From Bdellovibrionota bacterium (GTDB lineage: Bacteria; Bdellovibrionota_C; UBA2361; JAAYZI01), in the NCBI GenBank assembly GCA_050950765.1, contig JBMNIF010000002.1:992001-1056000 (forward strand): a stretch of 64,000 nucleotides of DNA. Direction: 5' to 3'. Shown here piece by piece: positions 18,912 through 29,743 of the stretch (the first letter of the stretch is position 1; every line of letters starts with the position of its first letter). A program made the translations under genes and the position numbers. Under the pieces are notes generated by a model that was not told where the DNA came from, searched no databases, and saw nothing but the letters and a program-made list of their open reading frames with translations.

Positions 18912-20239
18912 ATTTAAAAAATAAGAAAAAACTTTTCATTAAGACTTTTGGTTGTCAGATGAATATCTATGACAGTCAGAAGATAATCAAGATTTTAGAA
19001 GATGAGTATGGTTTAACGGAGGAAGTTTCCGAAGCCGATCTGGTTATCGTTAATACTTGTAGCGTTAGAGATAAACCTGAACAGAAAGTTTACAGCTTCT
19101 TAGGTGAAATGCGTGAATATAAGTTGCGAAACCCGAATTTATTAGTCGGAGTGGGTGGATGTGTAGCACAGCAGGAGGGAGAAAATATCCTCCGTCGTAG
19201 TAAGATCGTCGATTTTGTTTTTGGTACGCATAATATTTCACTTGTGCCAACGTTAATTCAGGAGAGGCTAGAGAACGGTCGAGCGGTGAGTGCTTTAGGA
19301 TATCGAGATGAGTGGGAAGATCTCCCACTTGGGCTCGGAGGAGCAAGTGGAGTTTCCGCTTTTGTTGCTATCTCAAGGGGGTGTAATAAGAGGTGCTCGT
19401 ACTGTATTGTGCCGACAACACGGGGCAAGGAGGTTTCAAGAGCGCCGGATGAGATAAAACGAGAGGTGCAACTGCTGGCAAGAAGCGGGGTAAAAGAGGT
19501 TGTTTTATTAGGACAAACTGTAAACTCTTACGGTTTTGATCTTAAACCTGCTTGGAGCTTCGCCGATCTTTTACGTTCGATTTCAGATATTGAAGGCATT
19601 GAGCGGATCCGTTTTACCAGCCCGCATCCGAATTTTATGACACCTGATCTGATAGCGTGCGTTGCTGATAACCCTAAGATCTGTCGTCACTTTCATATGC
19701 CGTTACAAGCGGGGAGTGACAGGATCTTAAAGTTGATGAAACGGGGCTATACTAAGGAGCGTTATCTGCAAACTATTGCAGCTATAAAGGATGCTATCCC
19801 AGAAATGGCATTTACGACGGATGTTATTGTAGGTTTCCCTAGTGAAACAGAGGCAGAGTTTCGTGAAACTGTGGAGGTGCTGCAACTTGTACCGTTTGTA
19901 AATACCTTTTCTTTTGCATTTTCCCCACGTCCGAGAACACCTGCTGAAACGATGGCTGGACAACTTTCGCATGCTGAAAAATTTGCGCGTTTGTATACAT
20001 ATCAAGCAGAGCAGAATAAGCTTGAAGCAGCATATTTAGAGAGTTGGCTCGGGAAGGAGTGTCAAATTTTGCTGGAAGGAGAGAGTAGCGGCGATAATAA
20101 TCTGTTATTCGGACGTAATTCACAAAATATTGTCGTAAATTTAACCTCTCAAGAGGTGGCGTTAGAGCTTGGAACCTTAGTAAATGTGGTGATTACGGGG
20201 ATGGGACGGCACACCTTAAAAGGGGAGGTGCGTAACTGA
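18908..20239 (+). CDS. miaB: tRNA (N6-isopentenyl adenosine(37)-C2)-methylthiotransferase
   Basis: TFGCQMN, NTCSVR, GGCVAQ, radical SAM CNKRCSYC, C-terminal TRAM domain. Confidence 0.95.
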   Translation: MNLKNKKKLFIKTFGCQMNIYDSQKIIKILEDEYGLTEEVSEADLVIVNTCSVRDKPEQKVYSFLGEMREYKLRNPNLLVGVGGCVAQQEGENILRRSKIVDFVFGTHNISLVPTLIQERLENGRAVSALGYRDEWEDLPLGLGGASGVSAFVAISRGCNKRCSYCIVPTTRGKEVSRAPDEIKREVQLLARSGVKEVVLLGQTVNSYGFDLKPAWSFADLLRSISDIEGIERIRFTSPHPNFMTPDLIACVADNPKICRHFHMPLQAGSDRILKLMKRGYTKERYLQTIAAIKDAIPEMAFTTDVIVGFPSETEAEFRETVEVLQLVPFVNTFSFAFSPRPRTPAETMAGQLSHAEKFARLYTYQAEQNKLEAAYLESWLGKECQILLEGESSGDNNLLFGRNSQNIVVNLTSQEVALELGTLVNVVITGMGRHTLKGEVRN

Positions 20240-20474
20240 TCTAAGCGTAAGTACTTCTTAAAATTATTGTGAGTTGTAAGAAACTGTATTAGCATATTAG
20301 AATCACCGCATAGATGGCATTAATTCTTGGTTTTATGGCGTTCTCTTTCTTGATGGTTTTAAACTTTTTTAGGGTAGCGCCTGCCAAAAAAATGGGCGTG
20401 CTGAATTTGTTATTTTAGTTGTTAGTGCCATAATCGGATCTTTGATTTTTTGAGGGATTTTTTGAGGCGTAACT

Positions 20475-21020
20475 ATGTCTGAAGAGGGTGCTATTGAGAT
20501 GTTTGTGGGTGGGCTAGTGCTGGACCCTGCTACGCAAGCTCCTGTTGTTGTTTTAAGAGACGCGTCGGGAGAGATCCATATTCCGATCTGGATCGGAGTA
20601 AATGAAGCAACTTCTATTGCAAGTGCTTTAAAAGATATAAAGCTACCGAGACCACTGACGCACGATTTAATGAGTAATATCTTTAACGAGGTTGGTATCA
20701 CCGTGCAAAGTGTTACTATTACGGATCTACAAGACTCAACGTATATCTCAAAGTTATCGCTTGCTATGGGAGAGCGTTTGATGGTGCTTGATGCACGTCC
20801 GAGTGATGCTATCGCTTTAGCGGTGCGAACGGATGCTCCGATCTTTGTTAATAAAGAGGTGGTGGCGCAGGCTAGGATTGTGGCAACTGTTGTCGAAGTG
20901 GAAGAGGCTGAAGATTCACCTTCTGCCAGTGGTAGTGATGATTTTCAACAGATCGATAAAGATCGTTGGTCTGAGATGTTGGAGAATTTAGATCCGGAAG
21001 ATTTTAAGTTTAAGGTGTAG
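20475..21020 (+). CDS. Bifunctional nuclease family protein (DUF151)
   Basis: PIWIG..EA, RPLTHDL, DARPSDAIALA. Confidence 0.92.
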   Translation: MSEEGAIEMFVGGLVLDPATQAPVVVLRDASGEIHIPIWIGVNEATSIASALKDIKLPRPLTHDLMSNIFNEVGITVQSVTITDLQDSTYISKLSLAMGERLMVLDARPSDAIALAVRTDAPIFVNKEVVAQARIVATVVEVEEAEDSPSASGSDDFQQIDKDRWSEMLENLDPEDFKFKV

Positions 21021-21077
21021 TCGCACGGCAGCTACAACAGGAGAGTGTTTATTTATTGAAGAGGGAAGGGAGAGGAG

Positions 21078-21815
21078 ATGGCTTCGCCAAAAAATAAAAA
21101 GGTAACGAAAGGAAAAGATCAAGAGTGTCATGGCGCCGAATGTGCTTGCGGAGAAGAGAAAAAAATTGAAGATCCGTTATCTGCGTTCGTGTATAAATAC
21201 AGAAATGTTATCTGTACCGTTCTTGTTGTTTGCGGTGTTGGATATTACGCATTTAATCAGGTCAAAACCTTTAACCTTGAAGCGAGGCAGAGCGCTTCTG
21301 ATATCTTTGAGCAGGTTAGGGTTGATTTAGAAGCTGCTACTACTGTGGCAAGTGAAAATGAAGAAGAGGCAAAGGCAGCTTTGGCACGGATGGAAGAGAA
21401 ATTAAGTGCCTTAAAGATGGAGAAAGAGCCGTATAAAACGTTAGCACAAGCTTATCAAACTTTGATAGCTGTTCGGCGTGGCGAGATAACTGATTTTGAA
21501 AGTGCGCGGGAAGCTTTACCTACCTTTGGTGCGAATAAAAAACCGTTTCAGGATGCTAAGTTTTTTGAAGAGATGACGGAGTTACTCCTTGCTAGAGCGC
21601 AACTGGATGATGCTGTAACGCGTGAAGCTGGCTTAAAAGCGCTTGTTGCACTGGCTAATAATGCGCAATACGTTAATGTGCAAGCTGCATTAACAGCGGC
21701 AAGGTTAGCTGAAAGTGAAGCGGAACGTTCTGAAATGAAGGAATTGCTAGGCAATTTAATGGAGATGCAACCTGCTTTTGCTGATGAAATTGAAGTTGAA
21801 TTAGCAAAATTATAA
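21078..21815 (+). CDS. Membrane-anchored helical protein (YfgM/TPR-like)
   Basis: Single TM helix followed by all-alpha Ala/Leu/Glu-rich region; strong SD. Confidence 0.5.
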   Translation: MASPKNKKVTKGKDQECHGAECACGEEKKIEDPLSAFVYKYRNVICTVLVVCGVGYYAFNQVKTFNLEARQSASDIFEQVRVDLEAATTVASENEEEAKAALARMEEKLSALKMEKEPYKTLAQAYQTLIAVRRGEITDFESAREALPTFGANKKPFQDAKFFEEMTELLLARAQLDDAVTREAGLKALVALANNAQYVNVQAALTAARLAESEAERSEMKELLGNLMEMQPAFADEIEVELAKL

Positions 21816-21870
21816 GATAGATCTTTTGATAAGAGCGCCTCCTAAAATAGGGGGGGTGAGTTTCTGCGAA

Positions 21871-22068
21871 AATGGAGGAGCCTTATAACTTGATCTTTTT
21901 TCTTCGGGTAGCCTCTTAGCGCTATCAATCGCTTCTTTAATTTGAGGGAGGAAAAAGGGGCTTGTCCTATAACCTGATTTTTTTCTTCGGGTAGCCTCTT
22001 AGCGCTATCAATCACTTTTTTAATTTAAGGGAGGAAAAAATGGAGGAGTCTTATAGCCTAATCTTTCC
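21871..22068 (-). repeat. Degenerate tandem repeat (period ~83-84) downstream of and overlapping the 22051 stop
   Basis: TCTTCGGGTAGCCTCTTAGCGCTATCAATC at 21901 and 21984; AATGGAGGAG.CTTATA at 21871 and 22039. Confidence 0.85.
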
Positions 22069-22623
22069 TTTTCCTTCTTGTGGTATTTTAGGTACCGTTT
22101 CTCTTTCTGTTTCGGGGAGAGCGGTTTTGATCTTTATACCCTCTTCGAGCTCTTCTTCCTCCTCTTCTTTTTTGCTTTGAAGTAGTTTTTGTGTGTTTAA
22201 ACTATTTAGGCGTTGGAATTCTTCCAGCTCTTCTTCTGCTTCTTTTCTGTTTTGTGAATTAGGTTGAAAAAAAGATTGATCGAGTTGTGAAAGTTTATCT
22301 GCGATAAGATTAACGGCGCGATCTAAGATCGTTTCCGAATAGTTCTCATCAGCTAAGAGGGGTTTTGTTTGTTTCCTCTTAGCTCTGTTTTTAGTTTTAG
22401 TTTTACGGGATGAAATTAATTTAGGCGCAGAGGTATCAGGGGTTTTTTCGTTAAAAAATGATCTTTCTTTCTTAAGAGATTTTCTCAAGCTAGGTGTGAC
22501 TTTTGCTGAGAAGGTGGAGCTTGAAAGTCCCTGTGAATTGACGGTAGAGTGCTGCTTTAGTGCCACCTCTTCTTTTAAAGATGCCTCCCTTTTTTTTATT
22601 TTTATCTCAAGATCTTCGCTCAT
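22051..22623 (-). CDS. Hypothetical low-complexity Lys/Glu-rich protein
   Basis: 190 aa ORF, SD AGGT upstream, no recognisable domain. Confidence 0.5.
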   Translation of the reverse strand: MSEDLEIKIKKREASLKEEVALKQHSTVNSQGLSSSTFSAKVTPSLRKSLKKERSFFNEKTPDTSAPKLISSRKTKTKNRAKRKQTKPLLADENYSETILDRAVNLIADKLSQLDQSFFQPNSQNRKEAEEELEEFQRLNSLNTQKLLQSKKEEEEEELEEGIKIKTALPETERETVPKIPQEGKGKIRL

Positions 22624-23099
22624 TTTGCTACCTAAAAACTTTATAAATTAAGATCTTGGAGATGTCATCACCTAAATGCCGAGAGGAAGTTATTTTTCCT
22701 AAGGCATACTAAGGTCCCCTTCTCGAATCTTATTTAAATTATCATAATATTTCTGAGAAATGATTCAGATAAGATCGCCTTAAAAATAAGATGAATTATG
22801 CAAAATCACCTTTTAGATATGCCAAGTTACTGATATAATAGAATTATGGGTTATGAAAGTTTTAAAAAATGTAAAACTTCATTTATCCAACAGATAGGTG
22901 CAGGGGGGGGAAACGATAGCTAAACTTCTAATCTGGAGTGTAATTGTCGGATAGTGATGAAAGATAGAAAGAGAAAGGTTTAAAGGATAACGAAACCCTG
23001 TTCTTACCCCGTTGTTAAGACGATAAAGGTTGTCTTATTGAAAGATCCTGAGAAAATTTCTCTTAAAAAAGTTTTTAACTCTTTAGAGGCACGGTTCGT

Positions 23100-23576
23100 A
23101 TGGGCGCATTAGTTAGAGGGTGCTTATTACGTTATCGAGTAAGTGTAGTTATACTGATTGTGATGCTTGGGGTTACCCTTGTGTCTTGTGATTTTGGTGT
23201 GCGTAAGCGTCCTTTCGGTTTTATGGAGTTAGGCAATGTTCTTGACTTACGTAGCCCGCAGATCTTTTTCCCTGAAAAAAGACTCCTTTTAAGACGAGAT
23301 AAAGACGGTTTTTACGTTATGAGTACGCAGTGCACACACGATCTCAGCACCCTTATCTTTAAAGAAACGGAGGAGAAGACCCGTTTCTTCTCTCCGTGGA
23401 CAAGTAGCACCTATGATGAGGCAGGAAATGTTTTGCAAGGTCCTGCAAAACGTCCCTTACCGTATTTTCGTCTTGATCACTGGAAGAATGCGAATGGAGA
23501 GGTCTTGGTGGCAGTGATCGGAGATGAAGTGCCTGCTTCGTGGCGCTTAAAGCTTAAATCATCACCGTGGTTGTAA
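23100..23576 (+). CDS. Rieske-fold lipoprotein with degenerate second ligand box
   Basis: Lipobox LVSC; CTH box 1; 'FFSPWTSSTYD..G.VLQGPA.RPL' aligns to Rieske box 2. Confidence 0.75.
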   Translation: MGALVRGCLLRYRVSVVILIVMLGVTLVSCDFGVRKRPFGFMELGNVLDLRSPQIFFPEKRLLLRRDKDGFYVMSTQCTHDLSTLIFKETEEKTRFFSPWTSSTYDEAGNVLQGPAKRPLPYFRLDHWKNANGEVLVAVIGDEVPASWRLKLKSSPWL

Positions 23577-23717
23577 GGCGTAATCATTTCTAATCTAAAA
23601 GGTGTTGGGGCTTCGGAAAAAAAGTGAAGATAAATTTGTGTGTTTTACACCTTTACGAATAATTATATCTTATTCGAGAATGTTGTTGTGTAATTTGATT
23701 AAGACGGAGAGAGAATT

Positions 23718-24872
23718 TTGGATACAATATTTATCGTGGGGAGCACCGATCAAAAGCTTGTAGGTTTTTTGCAGAAATTGGGGCATAACGTAATTGTTTT
23801 TGATGGAACTGTTCCTTTTAATGATGTGCTGTTTAGTCACGTTGTTGATTGCATTATTTTGGATGAAGCGGGAGAGCCTGATATCTCTTCTTACATTGAA
23901 ATGCTTTCAGGAGATGAGAAAACTAAAGAGATCCCGATCGTTCTTTGTAATGCAACTGAAAAATCAGCGCGATTTGTAGAGGCGCTCGGAAGTGTTAATT
24001 TACACCTCGCTCAAGCGCCGTGTACCGTCGGTGGAATTGTAAGTAAGGTAGCGACCGCATTACGATTGCGAAAAATGGCCGGTCAGAACGAATCAAAAGC
24101 CTCTCTTGGGGAGATTAACGCACGTCTTAGAGACCTTAATAAACACTTTGAAGATGATCTGAAAGAGGCAGAGAGAATTCAACGGAGTTTAATCCCTGCC
24201 ACCATGCCGACGGATGATCGTTTTGAAATAGCTGCTTCGTACGAACTTCTGGAAGGGGTTGGGGGAGATTGGTATTATGTTAATGTTAGAGATGATGGCA
24301 AGTTGGCGGTGCATGTTGCTGATGGCACGGGGCACGGCTTACCGGCAGCTTTTATTGCAGCTATGACGAAATTAGCTATGACGGCAGCGGGGGATCTCCC
24401 ACCAGATCTCTTATTAACTGAGATGAATCGACTAATGGCACCTAATTTGCCGGAAGGTCGCTTTGTGACTATTTTTTCGTATCTGTACGATCCAGCAAGT
24501 GGCAAGTTTGATTATGCACGGGGTGGACATCCACCAGCGTTATGGCTTTCACGTGCAAAAAATAAGGTGGAGGTATTGAAGAGTGCCGGTATGGCGTTAG
24601 GTTTTTTAGAAGAGAGTGTTTATGAAGCTGGGCAGATACACTTAGAGATCGGTGATGTTGTTTTGGTTTATACGGATGCTTTAACGGAGTCTCAAAATCG
24701 AAGTGGAGAGATGTACGACTGTGATCGGATCGCTAATTCGTTGTTAGAAACGGAAGATACTGCCAGTGTAACAGATATCCTTATTAAGGTACTGGATGAT
24801 TTTGATAGGTTTAGAGAGCAACGCATCATTAAAGATGATGTAACCCTTATTGCGTTAAAGCGAGTGGTGTAG
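23718..24872 (+). CDS. PP2C/SpoIIE-family Ser/Thr phosphatase with degenerate receiver domain
   Basis: VGGDWY, VADGTGHG, RGGHPP, YTDALTE, DDVTL; coiled-coil linker. Confidence 0.9.
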   Translation: MDTIFIVGSTDQKLVGFLQKLGHNVIVFDGTVPFNDVLFSHVVDCIILDEAGEPDISSYIEMLSGDEKTKEIPIVLCNATEKSARFVEALGSVNLHLAQAPCTVGGIVSKVATALRLRKMAGQNESKASLGEINARLRDLNKHFEDDLKEAERIQRSLIPATMPTDDRFEIAASYELLEGVGGDWYYVNVRDDGKLAVHVADGTGHGLPAAFIAAMTKLAMTAAGDLPPDLLLTEMNRLMAPNLPEGRFVTIFSYLYDPASGKFDYARGGHPPALWLSRAKNKVEVLKSAGMALGFLEESVYEAGQIHLEIGDVVLVYTDALTESQNRSGEMYDCDRIANSLLETEDTASVTDILIKVLDDFDRFREQRIIKDDVTLIALKRVV

Positions 24873-24889
24873 CTTTTTTTGAGGTCGTT

Positions 24890-25873
24890 ATGGCACGTCC
24901 GAAGATGGATCTTTTAAGAGCTTTAAGAGAGTCTTTACCTGTTGAAAAGAGGTTACTCCTTGCCGTTTCTGGTGGGAAGGATAGTGTGGTGTTGTTGCAC
25001 GGGTGTTACCGTCTGGCGAAAAGTATGAAGTTAACGTTAGAGGTAGGGCACGTTGATCACCATATTAGAGAGAACTCAAAGGATGATGCTAACTTTGTAG
25101 CGGATTTAGCCCAAAAATACGGGTTTCCGTTTCACCTGTGTCGTGCTGAAGAGCCTCCAAAAACGGAAAATCTTGAAGCTTGGGGGCGAGGCTTACGGTA
25201 TTCTTTTTTCGCTGAAGTTTTGAAAAAACGTGAACTTGACTTTGTTTTAACTGCACATACAGCTAATGATGTTGCTGAAACGTTGCTAATGCGCCTTTTT
25301 TCTAATAAGGAGCCGACAAGCATCGAACGGTATGATCCGCAGAGACGTTGCATTAGACCGTTACTATCAGTTTCAAGGAATACAATAGAACAGTATCTTG
25401 AAGAGAACGGTTTGGAGTTTAGAGAGGATATAACTAATACGGATGTCTCTTATCTGAGAAATCGGGTGCGGCATCGGGTGTTACCGTTATTACGGGAGGA
25501 GTTCGACAGTAGGATTGATGAGGTTTTAGCACTTCGGGCGGCTTGTCTTCATGATGATATTATGTTTTTACGGAGTCTTGTTCTAATACCTGTGCAGAAC
25601 GTTTCTGGATATGAGCTTTTTAGTCGTGATTGGTTACGTGCCGTAAAAGGAGAGATGGCGAAGTTGCCACCCCCTCTACGGTGGCGTTATGCAGAAGCGT
25701 TGCTTTTGCCAGTGATGGGCTTTGCGATCGGGCGTAGTCACGGTAGCCGTGCTATGGAATTTCTGTGTGGCAACACACAAGGGGTTGAACTCCCTAGTGG
25801 GGTGACTTTACGTGCTAAAAATGGTGGGGTTGCCTTTGAGAAGATAGAGATTCCGCCGGAAAAGATTAATTAA
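24890..25873 (+). CDS. tilS: tRNA(Ile)-lysidine synthetase (short form)
   Basis: AVSGGKDS, HVDH, AHTANDVAET, IRPLL, RNRVR; upstream of ftsH. Confidence 0.92.
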   Translation: MARPKMDLLRALRESLPVEKRLLLAVSGGKDSVVLLHGCYRLAKSMKLTLEVGHVDHHIRENSKDDANFVADLAQKYGFPFHLCRAEEPPKTENLEAWGRGLRYSFFAEVLKKRELDFVLTAHTANDVAETLLMRLFSNKEPTSIERYDPQRRCIRPLLSVSRNTIEQYLEENGLEFREDITNTDVSYLRNRVRHRVLPLLREEFDSRIDEVLALRAACLHDDIMFLRSLVLIPVQNVSGYELFSRDWLRAVKGEMAKLPPPLRWRYAEALLLPVMGFAIGRSHGSRAMEFLCGNTQGVELPSGVTLRAKNGGVAFEKIEIPPEKIN

Positions 25874-26065
25874 AAACGCACTCTTAAACTTTAGCCCCCT
25901 TTCCCGTGTTGTTTTAAGTATGTTAGGCTCCAGACTGTTTCCGTTTACCGCGGGTGTGAAGCGTAATCAGGTGAGCGCTTAGACCTAATTTTCTATCTTT
26001 GTGTGGTTTTGAGCGGTGTTGAAAGTGGGTGTCGCATAGTTGCATCAAAAAGTAGGAGTGCTGTC

Positions 26066-27952
26066 TTGAGTCAGTTTTTAAAAAATATCTTTTGGTATCT
26101 CTTTATAGTCGGTATTTTTTTATCTCTTTATTTTGCAAGTGAAAATAATATCAATGCGAAGCAGGAGATCTCGTATTCTGATTTCTTATTAGCTGTAGAA
26201 AAAGATGATGTTGTTCAGGTGACGATGCAGGGGAATGTGATCGATGGTAAATATCGCGCCTCAGAGAAAGATTTTAAGGTAATTGCTCCGAAACATGATG
26301 AGTTGATTGATGAGTTGAGAGCAAAAAATGTTTCAATAACGGTTAAGGAGCCGGAAGATCAACCGTGGTATCTGTTACTTATTATCAATGCCCTTCCTAT
26401 CTTATTATTTATCGGTATCTGGATTTTCTTTATGCGACAGATGCAGATCGGTGCTGGAAAAGGGATGAGCTTTGGGAAATCGAAAGCTAAACTTCTAACT
26501 GAAAGTCAGCAGAAAGTCACCTTTGCTGATGTTGCTGGAATTGATGAAGCGCGTGCCGAGTTGGAAGAGATTATTGCGTTCTTAAAGAATCCGAAAAAGT
26601 TTACCCGTTTGGGTGGGCGTATCCCTAAAGGTGTACTTTTAATCGGCTCTCCAGGGACGGGTAAGACGTTATTGGCTAAAGCGATCGCAGGTGAAGCGGG
26701 GGTGCCGTTTTTTAGTATCTCAGGCTCTGATTTTGTAGAGATGTTTGTCGGTGTCGGTGCTTCCAGAGTTAGAGACCTCTTTATTCAAGGGAAGAAGAAC
26801 GCACCGTGTATTATCTTTATCGATGAGATTGATGCTGTTGGACGACACCGCGGTGCTGGTATGGGGGGCGGACATGATGAGCGTGAACAGACCCTTAATC
26901 AGTTGTTGGTTGAGATGGACGGTTTTGAGTCTAATGAAGGGGTGATCTTGATCGCTGCTACAAATAGACCTGATGTTTTAGATCCTGCCCTGCTTAGACC
27001 TGGTAGGTTTGATCGTAGGGTAGTGGTGCCGACACCGGATCTGAACGGTAGGATCGGGATCTTAAAGGTGCATTCCAAAAAGGTGCCGTTAGCGGACGAT
27101 GTGGATCTCACTAAATTAGCGCGAGGAACCCCTGGATTTACGGGAGCAGACCTTGAGATCCTTGTTAATGAGGCGGCGTTGAATGCTGCACGTCTGGATA
27201 AAAACTCCGTTATGCAGGATGATTTCGAGTTTGCGAAAGATAAGGTCATGATGGGGGCGGAGAGACGTTCGTTGTTGCTTTCTGATAAGGAAAAGAAGGT
27301 GACTGCCTATCATGAATCGGGGCACGCTTTAGTAGCGAAGATGTTACCTAATGCGGATCCGGTGCATAAATTAACGATTGTACCACGTGGAATGGCGTTA
27401 GGGTTAATGCAGCAGTTGCCGGAAGATGATAAGCACACCTATTCGAGAGACTACTGGATGGATCAGTTATCCGTATTTTTTGGTGGTCGGATGGCAGAAG
27501 ATCTGATCTTTAACGATCAAAACACAGGAGCTAGCTCCGATATTGAACGCGCCACTAATATCGCACGACGGATGGTTTGTGAATGGGGCATGAGTGAAAA
27601 ATTAGGACCTGTTTGTTATGCCACTAAAGAAGAGCACGTCTTCTTGGGGCGAGAGATCGGAAAGCCTAGAGAGCATTCAGAAAGTACGCAAGTGGAGATA
27701 GATGCTGAAGTTAAGCGTATTATTTTAGAGAGGCAGAACGTTGCACGTGAGATCTTAAGTGAAAATATTGAGATCTTACACCGCTTAGCTGCTGAGGTGA
27801 TTGAGCGTGAGACTTTAACAGCAGAGGATATCGATATGATAATCGCTGGAGAAGAGTTGCCACCATTACCGGATCCGGAAGATAAAGAAAAGGCAAAAAA
27901 AGATAGTAACGGAACTCCTAACGACTCGGGCAATGTTTCCGTTGTTGCATAA
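26066..27952 (+). CDS. ftsH: ATP-dependent zinc metalloprotease FtsH
   Basis: Two TMs, [29 protein letters not shown] start after AGGAG. Confidence 0.97.
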   Translation: MSQFLKNIFWYLFIVGIFLSLYFASENNINAKQEISYSDFLLAVEKDDVVQVTMQGNVIDGKYRASEKDFKVIAPKHDELIDELRAKNVSITVKEPEDQPWYLLLIINALPILLFIGIWIFFMRQMQIGAGKGMSFGKSKAKLLTESQQKVTFADVAGIDEARAELEEIIAFLKNPKKFTRLGGRIPKGVLLIGSPGTGKTLLAKAIAGEAGVPFFSISGSDFVEMFVGVGASRVRDLFIQGKKNAPCIIFIDEIDAVGRHRGAGMGGGHDEREQTLNQLLVEMDGFESNEGVILIAATNRPDVLDPALLRPGRFDRRVVVPTPDLNGRIGILKVHSKKVPLADDVDLTKLARGTPGFTGADLEILVNEAALNAARLDKNSVMQDDFEFAKDKVMMGAERRSLLLSDKEKKVTAYHESGHALVAKMLPNADPVHKLTIVPRGMALGLMQQLPEDDKHTYSRDYWMDQLSVFFGGRMAEDLIFNDQNTGASSDIERATNIARRMVCEWGMSEKLGPVCYATKEEHVFLGREIGKPREHSESTQVEIDAEVKRIILERQNVAREILSENIEILHRLAAEVIERETLTAEDIDMIIAGEELPPLPDPEDKEKAKKDSNGTPNDSGNVSVVA

Positions 27953-27978
27953 AAAATTATAAAGCGGAGAGTGTTTCA

Positions 27979-28788
27979 GTGACAGGCGATATCTGGGTTG
28001 AATTTCAAGCTTTTTTTCAGGGGATAATTATCCCTGTGCTTGATGTTCTACTAGTTGCATATCTGATCTATCGCATCCTTTTGGTTATACGAGGGACTCG
28101 TGCCGCTCCGATGTTGTGGGGGCTAACACTCTTGGTGTTGGTGTTTTTTCTTTCAGGGTTGATGGGGTTAGTGACTCTGAATTGGATCCTTGGTAACTTC
28201 CTTAGTTCGATTATTATCGTTGTTATAGTTGTTTTCCAAGAGGAGATTCGGCGGGGTCTGACGAAGATGGGGTTGCAGCAGATCTTCAGAAAATCTACGA
28301 GCTCTTCATTCGGAGAGGTGGTGGAGGAGTTGGTCTCTGTTTCTCATCGTTTGGCGGAGCGCAAGATAGGGGCTTTGATAGCGATTCAACGTGAAGTTGG
28401 TTTGGCGGAGTTCTTGGAAGAATCGATTGAGATTGACGCTCTAGTAAGTAGAAAATTACTTTTTAGTATCTTTGTTAGAGAGTCGCCCTTACATGATGGT
28501 GCCGTTGTAATTGTAGATGGTAGGATTAAAGCAGCGGGTTGTGTACTTCCACTCAGTTTTAATCCTGATCTGGATCCAAGTTTAGGAACGAGACATAGGG
28601 CAGCTTTAGGGCTCTCTGAACGTTGCGATGCGTTGGTTATCGTTGTTTCGGAAGAGACAGGCACTGTCTCTGTTACAAGGGATGGTCGCTTAATGCGTAA
28701 TTTAGATCCGCAGATGTTAAGGGATCTCTTAACAACACATCTACAACCAAGAGATAAGATAGAATCTACAGAGGGAGAAACGGTATGA
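27979..28788 (+). CDS. cdaA: Diadenylate cyclase CdaA
   Basis: Three TMs, PLHDGA, GTRHRAA, VSEETG. Confidence 0.95.
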   Translation: MTGDIWVEFQAFFQGIIIPVLDVLLVAYLIYRILLVIRGTRAAPMLWGLTLLVLVFFLSGLMGLVTLNWILGNFLSSIIIVVIVVFQEEIRRGLTKMGLQQIFRKSTSSSFGEVVEELVSVSHRLAERKIGALIAIQREVGLAEFLEESIEIDALVSRKLLFSIFVRESPLHDGAVVIVDGRIKAAGCVLPLSFNPDLDPSLGTRHRAALGLSERCDALVIVVSEETGTVSVTRDGRLMRNLDPQMLRDLLTTHLQPRDKIESTEGETV

Positions 28789-29690
28789 GAAGCGTAGGAC
28801 TGTTTCTTATTTCAGCGTGTATTGCGGTAGGGCTTTTTTATTTTGTGCATAGTCAAAGTAATAATGTGCAAAGGGTTTTGTTGATGCCCGTAGAAATTCA
28901 CAATAAGCCGCATGATAAGGTGGTTGTGATGCAGCCTGAATCAAGGCAGGTGCAGGTGACGGTGCAAGGACCATCATTTTTAGTAGCAGATGTGGCGGTT
29001 TCAAACCATAGTGTGAAGATGATCTTACCGAAGGATGTTAGTGATGGTTATAGCATGACGTTAAAAGAGAGTATGCTTGATCTCCCTTCGGCAGTGGAGG
29101 TGTTAAACTTTGAGCCGAAAAATATAACGGTTAAAATTGAGGATGTTCAGACCAAACGGGTTAAAGTTTTTGTGCCACGTATCGGTAAGATTAAAGACCG
29201 TTATCAGATAGTATCGTTTAAGACCGTTCCTGAGGAGGTCACTTTAGAGGGGGCTGCTAGTGAAATTGCAGATGTTTCGTATGTTCATACGGAGCCTTTA
29301 AATATGTGGAACATAGAGGAGGATCTGACTTTAAATCTTCCGTTAGCTGATAAGTGGCGAAATGCGCAGATGAAGCCTGCTGAAGTTGTGGTGATGGTTA
29401 AAATTGCTCCGGAGCAGGGAACTCGTGTTTTTGAAAAAGTTGAGATTGAGGTACGATCGAGACGACCCCGAAAAGTTACGGTAGAACCTGCTTCTGTTTG
29501 GGTGAAAGTTTTAGGGCCGAAGGATGTTGTGCAGGCGATGAAAGATAATGATATTACCGCCTATGTTAGGTTGGGGGATGCACCCAATAAAACCTCGAGT
29601 AAAGTTAGGTTTGATCTTCCGCAAGGGGTTTCAGCGATCGGCTGGGAGCCGACGACGGTTAATATCATTCAAACAGGTGATGTGCCGTAA
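28785..29690 (+). CDS. cdaR: CdaR/YbbR-domain protein
   Basis: N-terminal anchor, repeated YbbR-like 'V.V.G' modules, position between cdaA and glmM. Confidence 0.85.
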   Translation: MRSVGLFLISACIAVGLFYFVHSQSNNVQRVLLMPVEIHNKPHDKVVVMQPESRQVQVTVQGPSFLVADVAVSNHSVKMILPKDVSDGYSMTLKESMLDLPSAVEVLNFEPKNITVKIEDVQTKRVKVFVPRIGKIKDRYQIVSFKTVPEEVTLEGAASEIADVSYVHTEPLNMWNIEEDLTLNLPLADKWRNAQMKPAEVVVMVKIAPEQGTRVFEKVEIEVRSRRPRKVTVEPASVWVKVLGPKDVVQAMKDNDITAYVRLGDAPNKTSSKVRFDLPQGVSAIGWEPTTVNIIQTGDVP

Positions 29691-29743
29691 GTGTAGATCA
29701 TTAAGAGGCGATACTGTTTTTTATGTGCTGAAAGGAGCTGCTC

